DNA of 49,837 nucleotides, taken from positions 1 through 49,837 of the forward strand of contig CAZYRE010000003.1 of NCBI GenBank assembly GCA_964650155.1, given 5' to 3'. The stretch comes from an uncultured Bdellovibrionales bacterium. GTDB taxonomy: Bacteria; Bdellovibrionota_C; UBA2361; J135. Shown here one piece after another: positions 9,250-18,200 of this stretch. The notes under the pieces are model-generated. The model saw nothing but the letters and a program-made list of their open reading frames with translations, had not been told where the DNA came from and did no database searches. Made by a program: the position numbers and the translations under genes. How positions within the stretch are numbered: the first letter of the stretch is position 1; every line of letters starts with the position of its first letter.

Positions 9250-9678
9250 TTAAAAGCTCGAAGAAATACGACGAGCTTCTCTAGTCATCTCAGTTACTGC
9301 TCTAGCTGCTGCTACATTTGCTTGATACAGCCTTGTAGCAGTCATTAAATCAGTCATTGACTGCACAACGTTTATATTTGGAAAAGCTACATATCCATTA
9401 GGATCAGCATCTGGGTGGCCTGGCTGAAAAACCATTCGAGGCTGTTGTTGATCTTCCACTACAGCAGCTACACCTGGCTTTGCTAATGACATTTCATCTA
9501 ATGCCGATTGAAATGATGTCGGGGTTTCAGTTGCCGACATAACAACATCTTTTCTCTTGTAAGGTCCGCCTTCAGGTGTTCGAGTCGTTTCCGCATTTGC
9601 GATATTTGAAGCAATTGTATTAACTCTTAAGCGCATTGCGCTCATTCCAGCGGCAAGTACGTCTTGTGCATCAAACAT
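9250..9678 (-). CDS. flgC: flagellar basal-body rod protein FlgC
   Basis: SNIANAETTRT near the N-terminus and NINVVQSMTDLMTATRLYQANV at the C-terminus. Confidence 0.95.
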   Translation of the reverse strand: MFDAQDVLAAGMSAMRLRVNTIASNIANAETTRTPEGGPYKRKDVVMSATETPTSFQSALDEMSLAKPGVAAVVEDQQQPRMVFQPGHPDADPNGYVAFPNINVVQSMTDLMTATRLYQANVAAARAVTEMTREARRISSSF

Positions 9679-9688
9679 AGACTACTCC

Positions 9689-10093
9689 TTAGTTAGCATT
9701 CCTTATCGCTTGTGAAATCACTCTTAATTGTTTTCTTAAGATAGTGGCTGCTTCTGTAAAATCTCCTTGATTTTTTTGTAAACGAATCATCTCTGTATCG
9801 ATATCCACGTTATTGCCATCGGCTTTTGTTGGACCGGAAAGATCGGGAACTAATCGAGCACCAGAATTCGCAACAGTATCCATGTGTAATGGGTTAGTTG
9901 TTTTTAGCTCATTAGGTTTTGCATTAAAGGCGCGTGCAAGCTCGGCTTTAAAATCTAGGTCAACCGCCCTATAACGTGGAGTTTCAGCATTGGCAACATT
10001 ACTCGCTATGGCTTGTCCACGTTGCCAGGCCATATCCAACGCTTTCTCAAGAGCGGGGGTAGTACGGTCAAATATACGATCTACGAAAGACAT
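9689..10093 (-). CDS. flgB: flagellar basal-body rod protein FlgB
   Basis: ASNVANAETPRYRAVDLDF and GNNVDIDTEMIRLQKNQ motifs. First gene of the rod/ring/export operon. Confidence 0.9.
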   Translation of the reverse strand: MSFVDRIFDRTTPALEKALDMAWQRGQAIASNVANAETPRYRAVDLDFKAELARAFNAKPNELKTTNPLHMDTVANSGARLVPDLSGPTKADGNNVDIDTEMIRLQKNQGDFTEAATILRKQLRVISQAIRNAN

Positions 10094-10129
10094 GGGTTAA
10101 ATCCTCTTCTGACTATTCTTCACTAACTC

Positions 10130-10146
10130 TGCAATGCTCATGCAAA
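10130..10146 (-). promoter_or_regulatory. candidate sigma54 (-24/-12) promoter for the flgB operon; the -24 element is imperfect
   Basis: The minus strand reads TTTGCATGAGCATTGCA against the consensus TGGCACG-N4-TTGCW. Spacing is exact and the -12 TTGCA is perfect, but -24 is TG rather than GG. It ends 36 nt upstream of the flgB ATG. Two sigma54 activators are encoded immediately upstream. Confidence 0.3.
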
Positions 10147-10223
10147 CACTTTAAAAATCTCAAGTTGATAAATTTCAAGTACTTAGATTCTCATAAAGAG
10201 ACTTTCTGTCAGGAGTTTGACAT

Positions 10224-11630
10224 CTACTCACCATCCCCCTGACGCGACACCCCATATTCGTGCAGTTTATTTCTGAGAGTTCTAATACTAATACCCAACA
10301 TATCTGCTGCTTTTGTTCGGTTATTCCCGGTTGATTTAAGCGTTTCAAGGATCAGATTCTTCTCCATTTCATGAACTGTCATGCCGGCTTTAATTTGAAG
10401 AGGTATACCTTCGTTCGATGTTGAACTTGGAACTTGAACACGTTCAACAGTGATTTGAGCAGCAAGTCCACGTGGCTCTTCGCTTAGAAGAAAGTGTTGC
10501 GAGGTAGGGCTGACTCCTCTAGATAAAATACTAGCCCGTTGCACTGCGTTCTGAAGCTCTCTAACATTTCCTGGCCAACTATAATTTTCCAAGGCTTGTA
10601 AAACCTCAGACGTTACTTCTGGAGCTTTGTCTCCGAGAAATTGCCTCATAAAATGCTGAGAAAGTAGTTTGATATCTCCCTTTCTTTCTCTAAGCGGCGG
10701 TAGCGTCAGTGGAATAACATTTAAACGATAGAAAAGATCCTCACGAAAGTTACCTGCTTTAACCATTTCGGAAAGATTTCTATTCGTTGTGGCAATCACT
10801 CGAACATCAATTGATATCGGTTCTCGTCCGCCAACACGGTCGAGCTCTCTCTCTTGAAGAACACGCAGGAGCTTAGCTTGTAGTCCAAGATCCATCTCTG
10901 AAATTTCATCCAAGAGAATAGTTCCACCATGAGCTATTTCAAATTTACCTGGCTTACTATTCTGCGCTCCAGTAAATGCTCCCTTTTCATGGCCAAATAA
11001 TTCACTTTCAAGAAGATTCTCAGGGAGAGCTGCGCAGTTAACGGCAACAAATGGCTGCTTGCAACGAGGGCTCATAGAATGAATAAACCTAGATAATCCT
11101 TCTTTACCAGTTCCAGATTCTCCTTGAACCATTACTGTTGCATCACTTTTAGCTACTGCTTCAGCAACCTCAAGAATTCTAATCATTCTTGGATCATTGG
11201 TAACGATAGTGCTTGCTCTACGAGAATCTTCGCGTTGAGCATGCTCACGGAATTCCTGATTTTCAGGGCTTAATACTCTTTCTACGATTCTTAAAAGGTC
11301 TTCTACAGAGAACGGTTTTTGAATAAAATCAGCAGCACCAAGCTGCATCGCTTTTACTGCTGCATCAACTGTTCCATGTGCTGTGATCATTATAAACGGA
11401 GGCTTCTGCTCACGAGCATTAATTGTTTCAAGTAGTTCTTGACCTGACATTTCAGGCATTCTTTGATCTGAAATGACAAGGCTATAGTTCTGAGAATCGA
11501 TCATCTCTAGAGCAATCCGTCCATTCGGTGCTACCTCAACTGCGTAACCCTTGCGAGACAATGCCGTCTTAAGTGCTAACTGCATCTGTGGCTCGTCATC
11601 TACAACAAGTATGCGAATTTCATCTTTCAT
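10224..11630 (-). CDS. sigma54-dependent two-component response regulator (FleR/FlrC-like: REC + AAA+ + Fis-type HTH)
   Basis: Receiver domain (ILVVDDE...ISDQRMPEMSG), AAA+ domain with GESGTGKE, ESELFGHEKGAFTGA and RVIATTNR, and C-terminal NRTKAADMLGISIRTLRNKL. Confidence 0.9.
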   Translation of the reverse strand: MKDEIRILVVDDEPQMQLALKTALSRKGYAVEVAPNGRIALEMIDSQNYSLVISDQRMPEMSGQELLETINAREQKPPFIMITAHGTVDAAVKAMQLGAADFIQKPFSVEDLLRIVERVLSPENQEFREHAQREDSRRASTIVTNDPRMIRILEVAEAVAKSDATVMVQGESGTGKEGLSRFIHSMSPRCKQPFVAVNCAALPENLLESELFGHEKGAFTGAQNSKPGKFEIAHGGTILLDEISEMDLGLQAKLLRVLQERELDRVGGREPISIDVRVIATTNRNLSEMVKAGNFREDLFYRLNVIPLTLPPLRERKGDIKLLSQHFMRQFLGDKAPEVTSEVLQALENYSWPGNVRELQNAVQRASILSRGVSPTSQHFLLSEEPRGLAAQITVERVQVPSSTSNEGIPLQIKAGMTVHEMEKNLILETLKSTGNNRTKAADMLGISIRTLRNKLHEYGVSRQGDGE

Positions 11631-12472
11631 AACCCTCTCCTTGAAACTGGAAGTAAAACCTTAAATTCAGCGCCATTATTATTTCGTGCTTCTATGGTGC
11701 CATTATGTTGCTCAACTGTTTTCTTAACCACTGCTAAGCCTAGCCCTGTACCTTCTGACCTACCTGTTACGAAGGGCTCAAACAATCTTGGCAGAATCTC
11801 CTTGGAGATACCTGGTCCATTATCAGCAACGGTAAGTTCTAAGAGTCGTTCTGTTGAATTAGTTATCTCTTTAGTACTAATCAAAATTTTTCCACGATAA
11901 GACATCGCCTGAGCAGCATTAAGAAAAAGATTTGAGAGCATTTGTCGAAGCAATCCATCATTTGCCAGTACAAATGACCACTCGCAGAGATTCACTTCAA
12001 AGTTAATGCCACCATCGCGATCTAACTTTTTAAATAAAGCCACTTCATCGGCGATAATATTGTTAATATTCGTTGGAGCTAAAATACACTCTTTATCCTT
12101 AGCAAACTGCAACACGTTAGAAATAACTCGATCTAATGTTGTGATACTGCGACCAACCTCATCTACTAACTTCAATGCCTCGGGCATTTCACTTACGTCC
12201 TCTCTTAATAAGGACATAAAAAGCTTAATCGCCCCAAGTGGATTTCTTATTTCATGAGCTAGCGCAGCAGCTGTTTGTCCAAGCACAGCCATCTTTTCAG
12301 CTTTTCTTACCTCAGTTTCTTTCTTCTGCAGTTCGTTTCTAAGCCGCTCGGATTCATCGCGCAGTAATCGATACCGCTCTTCAAGACGGTGACTTGCTTC
12401 TTCAAATCTAGCAAATGCAGCGGTTAAAAATGCTGGGCTTGGGGGCTCGTTGAGCAAAGGTTTATTCTCCAT
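11627..12472 (-). CDS. soluble sensor histidine kinase (FleS/FlrB-like), without a TM or recognisable sensor domain
   Basis: H-box AAALAHEIRNPLGAI, N-box LSNLFLNAAQA, G-boxes DNGPGI and GTGLGLAVV. The track starts it at a GTG at 12481. The ATG at 12472 has AGGAGG 8 nt upstream and is preferred. ATGA overlap with the downstream regulator. Confidence 0.85.
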   Translation of the reverse strand: MENKPLLNEPPSPAFLTAAFARFEEASHRLEERYRLLRDESERLRNELQKKETEVRKAEKMAVLGQTAAALAHEIRNPLGAIKLFMSLLREDVSEMPEALKLVDEVGRSITTLDRVISNVLQFAKDKECILAPTNINNIIADEVALFKKLDRDGGINFEVNLCEWSFVLANDGLLRQMLSNLFLNAAQAMSYRGKILISTKEITNSTERLLELTVADNGPGISKEILPRLFEPFVTGRSEGTGLGLAVVKKTVEQHNGTIEARNNNGAEFKVLLPVSRRGL

Positions 12473-13406
12473 GTGGAGCACCTCCTGATTTAACCTTCAA
12501 GGATGCTCTTGCTGTTGTGCCAAGAGACTTTTGCCATAGTGACTCCTCTGCGGTTGCTTGTAATAAAATCAACCAACCATCAGATGGGGGATATGTTGCA
12601 GTGGCATTCTCATATGCTTTTTTAAGTTGTTCTGAATCGCCAGAAGCGGCATACGCTTTGACAAGAGCAAAATCTACCCAGCTATCTAAGAAAACATCTG
12701 GATACTCTTGTCTGCCTTTAGTTAACCAAAATGTAACTTCATCATATTTTTTATTTTCTAGCGCGAGCATCCCCAATCCCTTCATCGCCAAGCCACTCTT
12801 GGAATGTCTTAACGGAACAGCTGTAAAATGCTCCTCTGCCTTTTCAAGTTGACCTATTGTCATAGCTGCTGTTGCAATCAAATAATGCAAGTCGCCCTCT
12901 CCTTCAGGACGAATCCAATTGAGTGCAGCTTCACATTTTTCTAAAGCGAGTTGTGGCTTGTTAGCTTTTAGTAAAGCTTCACCCCAAAGCTGGAATATTT
13001 CTGCTTTTAATGGTCCTTCGACTTCAATCAGATCTGAAGCTTTTCCAGCAAATACAATTGCTGATTGATAATTGCCCTCTTGAAATTCAATTATTCCACG
13101 TGAGAATAGAATCCGCGATCTGTCAGCATCACTTAGCTCTTGTCCTTCAGGGTCTAGCAACAATGCTCGATCATATTGGGTTTTTGCTTCTTTCACCAAA
13201 CCTAGTGCCCAAGCACTCTTTGCTGCAGCTAATGCAGCTGCTGGTGTTACTCTTCTAGTAGGCAACATTCTGAAAGCACTAAGCGCTTCTAACCACTCCC
13301 CAGCTTGGGCTTTCCTCTCTACATCAATAGGATGTTGTGCAACAGCCTGAGCAGCAACTCCGAGAAATAGAAATATGGTAAGCAGTAGTCGGACTCTCAT
13401 GATCAA
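12462..13406 (-). CDS. secreted TPR-repeat protein
   Basis: Signal peptide MIMRVRLLLTIFLFLGVAAQAVA followed by TPR-like helical repeats. Its stop overlaps the kinase start by 11 nt. Confidence 0.7.
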   Translation of the reverse strand: MIMRVRLLLTIFLFLGVAAQAVAQHPIDVERKAQAGEWLEALSAFRMLPTRRVTPAAALAAAKSAWALGLVKEAKTQYDRALLLDPEGQELSDADRSRILFSRGIIEFQEGNYQSAIVFAGKASDLIEVEGPLKAEIFQLWGEALLKANKPQLALEKCEAALNWIRPEGEGDLHYLIATAAMTIGQLEKAEEHFTAVPLRHSKSGLAMKGLGMLALENKKYDEVTFWLTKGRQEYPDVFLDSWVDFALVKAYAASGDSEQLKKAYENATATYPPSDGWLILLQATAEESLWQKSLGTTARASLKVKSGGAPHGE

Positions 13407-13413
13407 CCTTTAA

Positions 13414-14517
13414 TTAAGCCTCAACAGACATTTCAATTGAGGAGGCTAAGCCCTTCTTCTTAATTTTCTCTACTAACGTTGTGCGATTGAGATTAAGTAG
13501 CTTTGCAGCTGCTTTTTTATTTCCACTTGTTCTCTCTAACGCTGAGGTAATCAATTGAGTTTCAAAATCATCAACAAGTTTGTTGAAATCAATCCCACCA
13601 TCTGGAATTACTGCGTTTGGCATTGAGATAGAACTGCGAGTTGCTTCTCCTGATGTTACGTAGGTAGGCAAATCACTCGGATAAATACAGCTATGGTCAC
13701 AAAGGATTGCTAGTCGTTCGACGAGATTCTCTAATTCACGAACATTTCCTGGCCAATGATAAGTATTAAAGATCGCCTCAGTCTCTGGAGCGAATGTAAT
13801 TGTATTCTTCCCAAACTGTTGACAGAACTGATCCATGAAGTGCTTCGCTAACAACATCACATCATGTCCACGATCAACTAATTTAGGTAGCTCAACCGGA
13901 ACAACTTGCAATCTGTAATAAAGATCTTCACGAAATCGTCCAGCTTTTACTTCTTCTCTAAGATCTTTATTTGTTGCAGCGATGACACGAACATCAAGAT
14001 CAAGGGACTTAGCTGATCCAACTGGCTCTACTTTCCGTTCTTGCAAAACTCTAAGGAGCTTTACTTGTAACTTAGGACTCATATCCCCGATTTCATCAAG
14101 GAATATCGTGCCACCATGAGCTAATTGAAAGCGACCTATTTTATTAGATATTGCTCCAGTAAAAGCTCCCTTTTCATGACCAAATAGCTCACTTTCAAGA
14201 ATATCTTCTGGAATTGCGCCGCAATTTACAGGCACCAACCTACCCATGCGTCCACTTAGTTTATGGATAGCATTAGCAATCAATTCCTTACCTGTTCCAC
14301 TCTCTCCAAGGATTAAGACTGTGGAATTAGTGCGCGCAACTTTCTTAATAAGGTCAAACGCTCTCAACATCTCGGCACAACCACTAACAATGCCCATGAA
14401 GGTATTCTTGGCAGTGTGGTTAGCGCGTTGTTGTCGCTCTTCTGATTCTTGATTGATTAATGATGGCAGAACAGAAACAGAACCCTCAGGTAAGTTGGTA
14501 GCGAGACCACTGTGCAT
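13414..14517 (-). CDS. sigma54-dependent transcriptional activator lacking a receiver or FleQ N-domain (AAA+ + HTH only)
   Basis: GESGTGKE, ESELFGHEKGAFTGA, RVIAATNK and GNKKAAAKLLNLNRTTLVEKIKK. Only about 45 aa precede the AAA+ core. Confidence 0.9.
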   Translation of the reverse strand: MHSGLATNLPEGSVSVLPSLINQESEERQQRANHTAKNTFMGIVSGCAEMLRAFDLIKKVARTNSTVLILGESGTGKELIANAIHKLSGRMGRLVPVNCGAIPEDILESELFGHEKGAFTGAISNKIGRFQLAHGGTIFLDEIGDMSPKLQVKLLRVLQERKVEPVGSAKSLDLDVRVIAATNKDLREEVKAGRFREDLYYRLQVVPVELPKLVDRGHDVMLLAKHFMDQFCQQFGKNTITFAPETEAIFNTYHWPGNVRELENLVERLAILCDHSCIYPSDLPTYVTSGEATRSSISMPNAVIPDGGIDFNKLVDDFETQLITSALERTSGNKKAAAKLLNLNRTTLVEKIKKKGLASSIEMSVEA

Positions 14518-14879
14518 AAGCTCTCCTTGCTTATAAAACCTTCACGACGCAAATCCGTTGCCTCGTGCATGGACCTTAATATTTTGGTCCACTTAAAATT
14601 ATTCTGGGATATAGGAGAGGAAAATTCATCTCTTAAAATCCCTCGCTCTGCAGCGGCTCGGTTCAATGAGAGGCAAAAACTGACAAAACCAATTAGGGGC
14701 ACAAAAACCAGTCTCTCACTGGAACCGAAGCCTAAGGACTCCCAAAGTCTGACCGTTTAACGGTCAATCTTTCGTCGACCTTACTGTCATATCCTTGGCA
14801 AGTTACATACCAAGAAAATTGGCAGGTGCTAGGAATTTGACTCTTAAAGGTAGATGAACGGTGCGCACTAGATAACATT

Positions 14880-14907
14880 TTGAATTAATTAAGGTTATTT
14901 TTACAAT
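14880..14907 (+). promoter_or_regulatory. candidate sigma70 promoter (TTGAAT-N16-TACAAT) reading toward gdh
   Basis: TTGAAT at 14880..14885, a 16-nt spacer, and TACAAT at 14902..14907, in an AT-rich stretch of the 700-bp intergenic region. Sequence match only. Confidence 0.3.
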
Positions 14908-15224
14908 TCTGTTACAATTTGCATACGTATTTCCCAGGTAAAAGGCAGAAAAGATGAAAAAAATTGATCAAAAGTGTACAGTTCTGCACGGGATTAGCCG
15001 ATAAAGTTGCGCACTTCATCGGACGTGAGCAATGTTGCTCATCGCCAACAACCTGACTCCAGGCTCCCAGTCGTGCCAAGGCGCAGCGTCATTGATGTGG
15101 CACGGCTAGTTCTGGAGCTCCGCTAAACTACTATTCGCCCCTATATAAGGCGATGGTTGGTCTAATAAAAGACCATGGCGGTGGTGTCAGTATATATACT
15201 GTATTTAATTTATTGTTAATCACT

Positions 15225-18200
15225 ATGGCTAGTATGAAAATGCAAGATGCTCAATCAAATCCTAAACTTAAAGAGGTTAACTCTTTAATCGCTAAAGCAA
15301 AGAAAGCTGGAATCCTATCTGAACAAGACCTAACTGTTTCACTTTTTGAAGCAGCCCCCTCTACTTTTCTAGAAGCTATGACATCTCAAACACTGGCGGC
15401 AATCACTGAGAACTGCGCTTCCACAGTTGATCGACATAACTCTTCCACTGCTTCAGTTACCGTTAGCTCAGGACAAGGCGAGGATCATTCGTATCTTATA
15501 ATTGCCATGGGCGATCGTCCTTTTATCGTCAATACAGTCGTGCTCTCTGTTAGAGAATGCGGCTCTGATATTCAAACTCTGCTCCATCCACTTCTTAGCT
15601 TAAAAAATGGTCGTCGACTCTCTGTCTTATACGCAAGGATAGACCAATTAGATGACAACACTTTAAATCTTTTAGTTGATCGTGTTGAAAGATCCTTAAC
15701 TGACCTCTCAATAATCACCGAAGATCATCCTTCGATGCTGAGTCAGGTTGAAACTTCTGCCAGATTACTCAAGGAGCGAGTTCCAAGCAGTGGCAACACT
15801 GAACAAGAAAGATTTGAAGCTGCTGAATTTCTGCGCTGGTTATCTGATGGTGGCTTTGTGTTCCTAGGCTTTGCCGAATGGCAAGTTGAAGAAGAAAACT
15901 CTGGTGGCAAAGGAGTACGATTTCTGGATGAAACGCCTAAAGTAGAGTTAGGATTTTTTAGAAGCACAAACACATGGGCACAAGATTTTATTAATGAATG
16001 CCGCAAGGATGTACTCGAGAACCTATCTGGCACATCCCTTGTTACAGTAACGAAACTTTTAACTCGAAGTATCGTGCACCGCGCTGAAAGGATGAACCAT
16101 GTGGTTCTTCCTCAATATGCCGGGGATGGAACTGTCAGATCTCTTATCTCAATTGTAGGGCTGTTTACTTCTAAAACCCTTTCACAGGAAGCTTCTACTA
16201 TCCCCATAATCCGCGAAAAGGTTAAGGCTCTAATAGCTGCGGAAAAGGCTATTCCTAACACCTTCTCTTACAAAAATATTATTAAAATAATTGACAGCAT
16301 GCCTAAGGAACTTTTGCTAAGAGCAGATGCTTCCACGCTTAATTCATGCTTGGCGATGATTACTGGCATTCAGCGTGAATACCAAAGTAGTGCTCTTGTC
16401 CATCAAGATACTTCAGGCAAGGGTGCCTCGGTCATAGTTGCTATGCCGAGAAAGAGATTCAGCGAACAAGTAAGAGCAAGAGTTCAACGCCATGTTGAAT
16501 ATTCTTGTGGTGCCAATCCTGGATCTGGCGATCTGCACGTGGCACTAAATGTAAAGCCATTGGTCATCGTTTATTATCATGTTCCGCTTACACCAGGATC
16601 AAAAAAGAAGTTAGTTCCTCAAACTCTCCAATCCGAGTTGATCGAGCTAACAAAAACTTGGGGCGACGGCTTAAGAGACCGCCTTCTAAATTCTGACATT
16701 ACATCTGCGCCTGAAGCGATGTGGTTCAAGTATCAAAATTCTTTCTCAGAAGAGTATCAGGCCTCAACAACTCCTGAAGCTTGCGTAAGAGACATCGCCA
16801 TTATTGAGACCCTCAGTAAAGATCGGCCTTTGCGTTTAGATATTTCTGCAGGCACTGGCTTAAGTGATGGATTATTCCAGTTGAGCATCTTTCAATGGCA
16901 CCAAGAATTAGCTGTAAGCCATCTTCTTCCGGCCCTAGAAAATGCTGGGCTTCATATATTACGCGAGCAGGCTTTTGAAGTCGGGACTCCAAACTCTGGT
17001 ACAACTTATTTACATAGACTTATTGCTGAAACTAAAGATAAGTCTGTAGGAAAAATAGAAGTATTCAAGAAGAATCTATGTGCTGGTCTAGAGCAGATAC
17101 TTCCAGATCACGCAGACAATGACATCCTTAACTCAATGCTTGTATCTACTGAACTCGATATCCGAGCTTTGTCAGTCTTGCGAGCATACTGCGCTTACCT
17201 ATTCCAATTAAGCCCATTTACCTCAAAAGGAACTATCCGGAATACCTTGGCCGCAGTTCCCTCCGCCGCTACACTCCTTTGGAATATGTTCGAGGTAAAA
17301 TTTAATCCAACACTCGGATTATCAATTGAAAAGAGAATCGAAAAGTTAGAGGCATTAGAGAAACACTATCTACTAACTTTAAGAAATGTCCCAGATATTA
17401 GTCAGGACAGAATTCTAAGAAATTTAGCCAATGTTCTGAACGCAACTGTCAGAACAAATGCTTATACTGGACGCGAAACACTGGCATTCAAGATAGACCC
17501 TTCAAAAGTTGACCTTATCAATACGCCTAAGCCTTACTTTGAAATCTACGTTAGAGGACCACAAACCGAAGGCATTCATATAAGATTTGGCTCTGTTGCT
17601 CGCGGCGGCTTGCGCTGGAGTGATCGTAGAGATGACTTTAGAAATGAAGTTCTGGGGCTAGCAAAAACTCAGAAAGTTAAAAACGTAGTTATCGTACCAA
17701 CTGGTTCTAAGGGAGGTTTTATTGTACGAAAACCTCTCTCTGAGCACGACAAACTTTTAAAGCAAGTAGAAGAGTGCTACCGGGATTACATTCGCTCCCT
17801 TCTTTCTGTAACTGACAATCGCGTCAAAGGACAAATTACAAGACCTACAGATGTAATCTGTTATGACAAAGAAGATCCATACTTAGTTGTGGCTGCTGAC
17901 AAAGGTACTGCTACTTTCTCTGATATAGCAAACAAGATCGCCACAGACGAATTTAAATTTTGGCTTGGTGACGCTTTTGCTTCAGGTGGTTCACAAGGAT
18001 ACGATCATAAATTGTATGCAATTACTGCCAACGGCGGTTGGGAATGCGTAAAACGGCACTTCCGTGACCTCGGCATAAACTTCGAGAAGGAACCATTCAC
18101 AGTTGTCGGCATTGGAGACATGTCAGGAGATGTATTTGGTAATGGCTTAGTTTACAGCGATAAGATCAAATTGCTTGCTGCTTTTAACCATAAGCACATA

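Noticed and set aside
14457-14760. ORFs at 14457..14702 (minus) and 14512..14760 (plus), considered as a possible detached N-terminal regulatory domain of the sigma54 activator.
   Set aside because: They are in a different frame from the activator, have no FleQ/REC-like sequence, overlap each other antisense and have odd composition.
14997-15004. An exact GCCGATAA on the plus strand matches the sigma28/FliA -10 consensus, near the flagellar regulators.
   Set aside because: No TAAA-type -35 lies at the required 15-nt spacing; the nearest AAAGTGT is 19 nt away. An 8-mer is expected about once by chance in 50 kb on two strands, and the downstream gene is gdh, not a late flagellar gene.
15098-15113. 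TGGCACGGCTAGTTCT upstream of gdh looks like a sigma54 -24 box.
   Set aside because: The -12 position reads GTTC rather than TTGC, so there is no GC dinucleotide at the correct spacing. The TGGCACG is better explained as the 3' half of the CGTGCCA/TGGCACG hairpin.
14985-15135. I considered the GC-rich patch as an SRP RNA, tRNA, tmRNA or known riboswitch.
   Set aside because: Neither strand has a GGAA-tetraloop/AGCAGC SRP domain IV motif or a GTTCRANYC T-loop with flanking stems. It also does not match the TPP, glycine, GEMM, ZTP, fluoride or glutamine riboswitch cores as I remember them. I kept it only as an unclassified structured leader.
15153-15224. The track start codon of gdh at 15153 (MVGLIKDHGGGVSIYTVFNLLLIT).
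   Set aside because: These 24 codons cross an AT-rich tatatatactgtatttaatttattgttaat stretch with non-protein-like composition, and the ATG sits inside a hairpin with no usable RBS. A start at 15225 (or 15234/15240) is more plausible but unproven.
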